The notes beneath the pieces were generated by a model. That model saw only the letters and a program-made list of their open reading frames with translations, ran no database searches and was not told the DNA's origin. A DNA stretch of 62,567 nt, filler included, from Hausera hauseri (taxonomy: Eukaryota): NCBI GenBank assembly GCA_046269625.1. It is 11 parts of 11 records of this genome, joined end to end, with 100 filler letters (N's around TTAATTAATTAA, not from the genome) between each part and the next. Parts side by side here need not be neighbours in the genome. Positions count along the whole stretch, not along the records: positions 58,521 to 62,567 come from JBJURY010795201.1; 10 more parts are not named here. One strand, given 5' to 3'. The stretch's first letter is position 1. The number at the start of each line of letters is the position of its first letter. This document shows positions 61,270 to 62,567 of this stretch, in pieces. The position numbers were made by a program, and so were the translations under genes.

Positions 61270-62567
61270 TTGCATGCCAATACATTAACACTGATTGGGC
61301 CATTAAGGGAAAACATCCCAACATAATTTGCCATGTACAACCTCGTACTTTTTTTATATTTCTGGCGGCTCCTATTTGTCTTAATATAACCAATATGGTG
61401 GTGATTATAACATATATAGCAAAAACTCCAGATATAACTTAGTCAAAAATAAGGAATTTATTCCAAAAGTCATAAAGGATCCTCTTAGCTGTTTTTTCTA
61501 AATGATCAACTGGCAATAGCATCCCATAATTAGGCGTACCATCTAATCCTTTGGTAACAGTATATACAAACTCTGTATTAACTTTTTCTCGGATGTTATG
61601 GAATAATACTTGCTTTCTTACTGCTTCCAGATCAGTTAAATAATATAATCCGTTGGTAGGAAGTTCTCTGTTTACTTTACATTTTATACCTTTATCCAAC
61701 GGTAAAAACCCAATCGTCTGTGGTATATTCATCATAATTAAAGAGCGTGTTTTAGTCCATCTTCCCTCACTGAGTTTNNNNNNNNNNTGGTGCGAAAGTA
61801 ATTCAAGTAGGTAATAACAATTTTTGAGTAATGGGATCCACATATCCAAATTTGATCATATTTTTATCGTTATACTGGACCATTAGTTCATTCGTGCAAT
61901 TGGCCTTTGAAGATGTTACGAGTGTTACTTCTATCGGTGGACATTGGTATACATGGAGTATTTCGCCTTGTACTCTACCAATTGTTCCAGGGCGATATCC
62001 CATAATTAAAGCAATATGTTTACGGAATTCTCTAGCTAATATTAAGTCATGTTGGTTTAATTTTTGAGTAATTTTATAGCCTTTTATCACCATCATATTG
62101 TGTAATTCGACTAAATCCATTTTTGCGGCATAATAAATATAATCTGTCTTGTTATTCGTATAAAGATACCACTTTATATCTTCAGTTGGTAATCTTCCTG
62201 TATTCGCTAAGGTTTCCTTTGTTACAAACAGATCATTATATCATGTAGAATAAACAGCTTTTGATCCACAAGTTGATACCGCTCCTTTTCGTGCCAATAC
62301 AATTCCGTCTCTATCGTTAGATGACATTAATACTTTCAAAGAAGTGGTCTGTTTTAAATTTCGTGATATAGGTAAGGTTATATTATGATTATGCACAGGT
62401 TTTTGATATTCATCATCGTAATATAAATCACCTTGAATTTTGTACATTGATACTTGATTAAGGAGAGCTAATAGACATATCGTGATTGTATTTTCCCATA
62501 CTAATATAGATTCTCCTAAAGTACACATTCCATTATATTATGTACACGACGGTGCGGTTAACATTTC
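61270..62567 (-). pseudogene. Chuvirus/herpesvirus-gB-like (class III fusion) envelope glycoprotein
   Basis: CTYNNGMC..LVW, TCG...YST*YNDLF, YTNNKTDY, LILA..HIALIMGYRPG..GRVQGEILHVYQCPPIEV...CTNELMV...GYVDPITQKL, then FWNKFLIF and TM VISGVFAIYVIITTILVIL. Confidence 0.75.

Larger units (their letters stand above)
58521..62567 (-). mobile_element. Env-bearing Ty3/Gypsy element (glycoprotein-PR-RT-RNase H), truncated at both ends
   Basis: LLDTGASVSVI; SPWTSPVVLVQKRDG; MPFGL; YIND (YIDD mutated); TDASGYAIGAVL; ANANADFLSR; upstream glycoprotein. Confidence 0.88.

Overview
AT-rich metazoan genomic DNA with 48-51-nt GT-AG introns. A flatworm such as a planarian is plausible, but that is inference only. 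The window is not one locus: 11 contigs of about 4-8 kb are joined by an artificial 100-nt spacer (N44-TTAATTAATTAA-N44), so nothing can be inferred across spacers. Most of it is decayed mobile DNA: four Polinton/Maverick (adintovirus-like) fragments, four CsRn1-type Ty3/Gypsy pieces, one near-complete BEL/Pao element, one env-bearing Ty3/Gypsy element, and several Tc1/mariner, pogo and hAT remnants. Host genes or fragments are RSF1, AP2M1, a syntaxin, G-alpha-o, a CDK4/6-like kinase, USP7 and ZNF598. Four signals stand out, and the first two are largely hidden from the ORF track by stops and frameshifts. (1) A 76-codon ubiquitin/NEDD8-like domain ending LQLKGG lies in frame at the front of the BEL/Pao Gag, and a divergent ubiquitin-like domain ending HFRIRGG heads Gag in two CsRn1-type Gypsy copies, giving Ub-Gag fusions in two LTR superfamilies. 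(2) A Polinton capsid module carries a two-lobed TATA-binding-protein homologue. (3) A Gypsy element has a chuvirus/herpes gB-like glycoprotein upstream of, and in frame with, its protease. (4) The BEL Gag has CCCH zinc fingers instead of CCHC knuckles. All family assignments come from motif recognition by eye; no searches were run.
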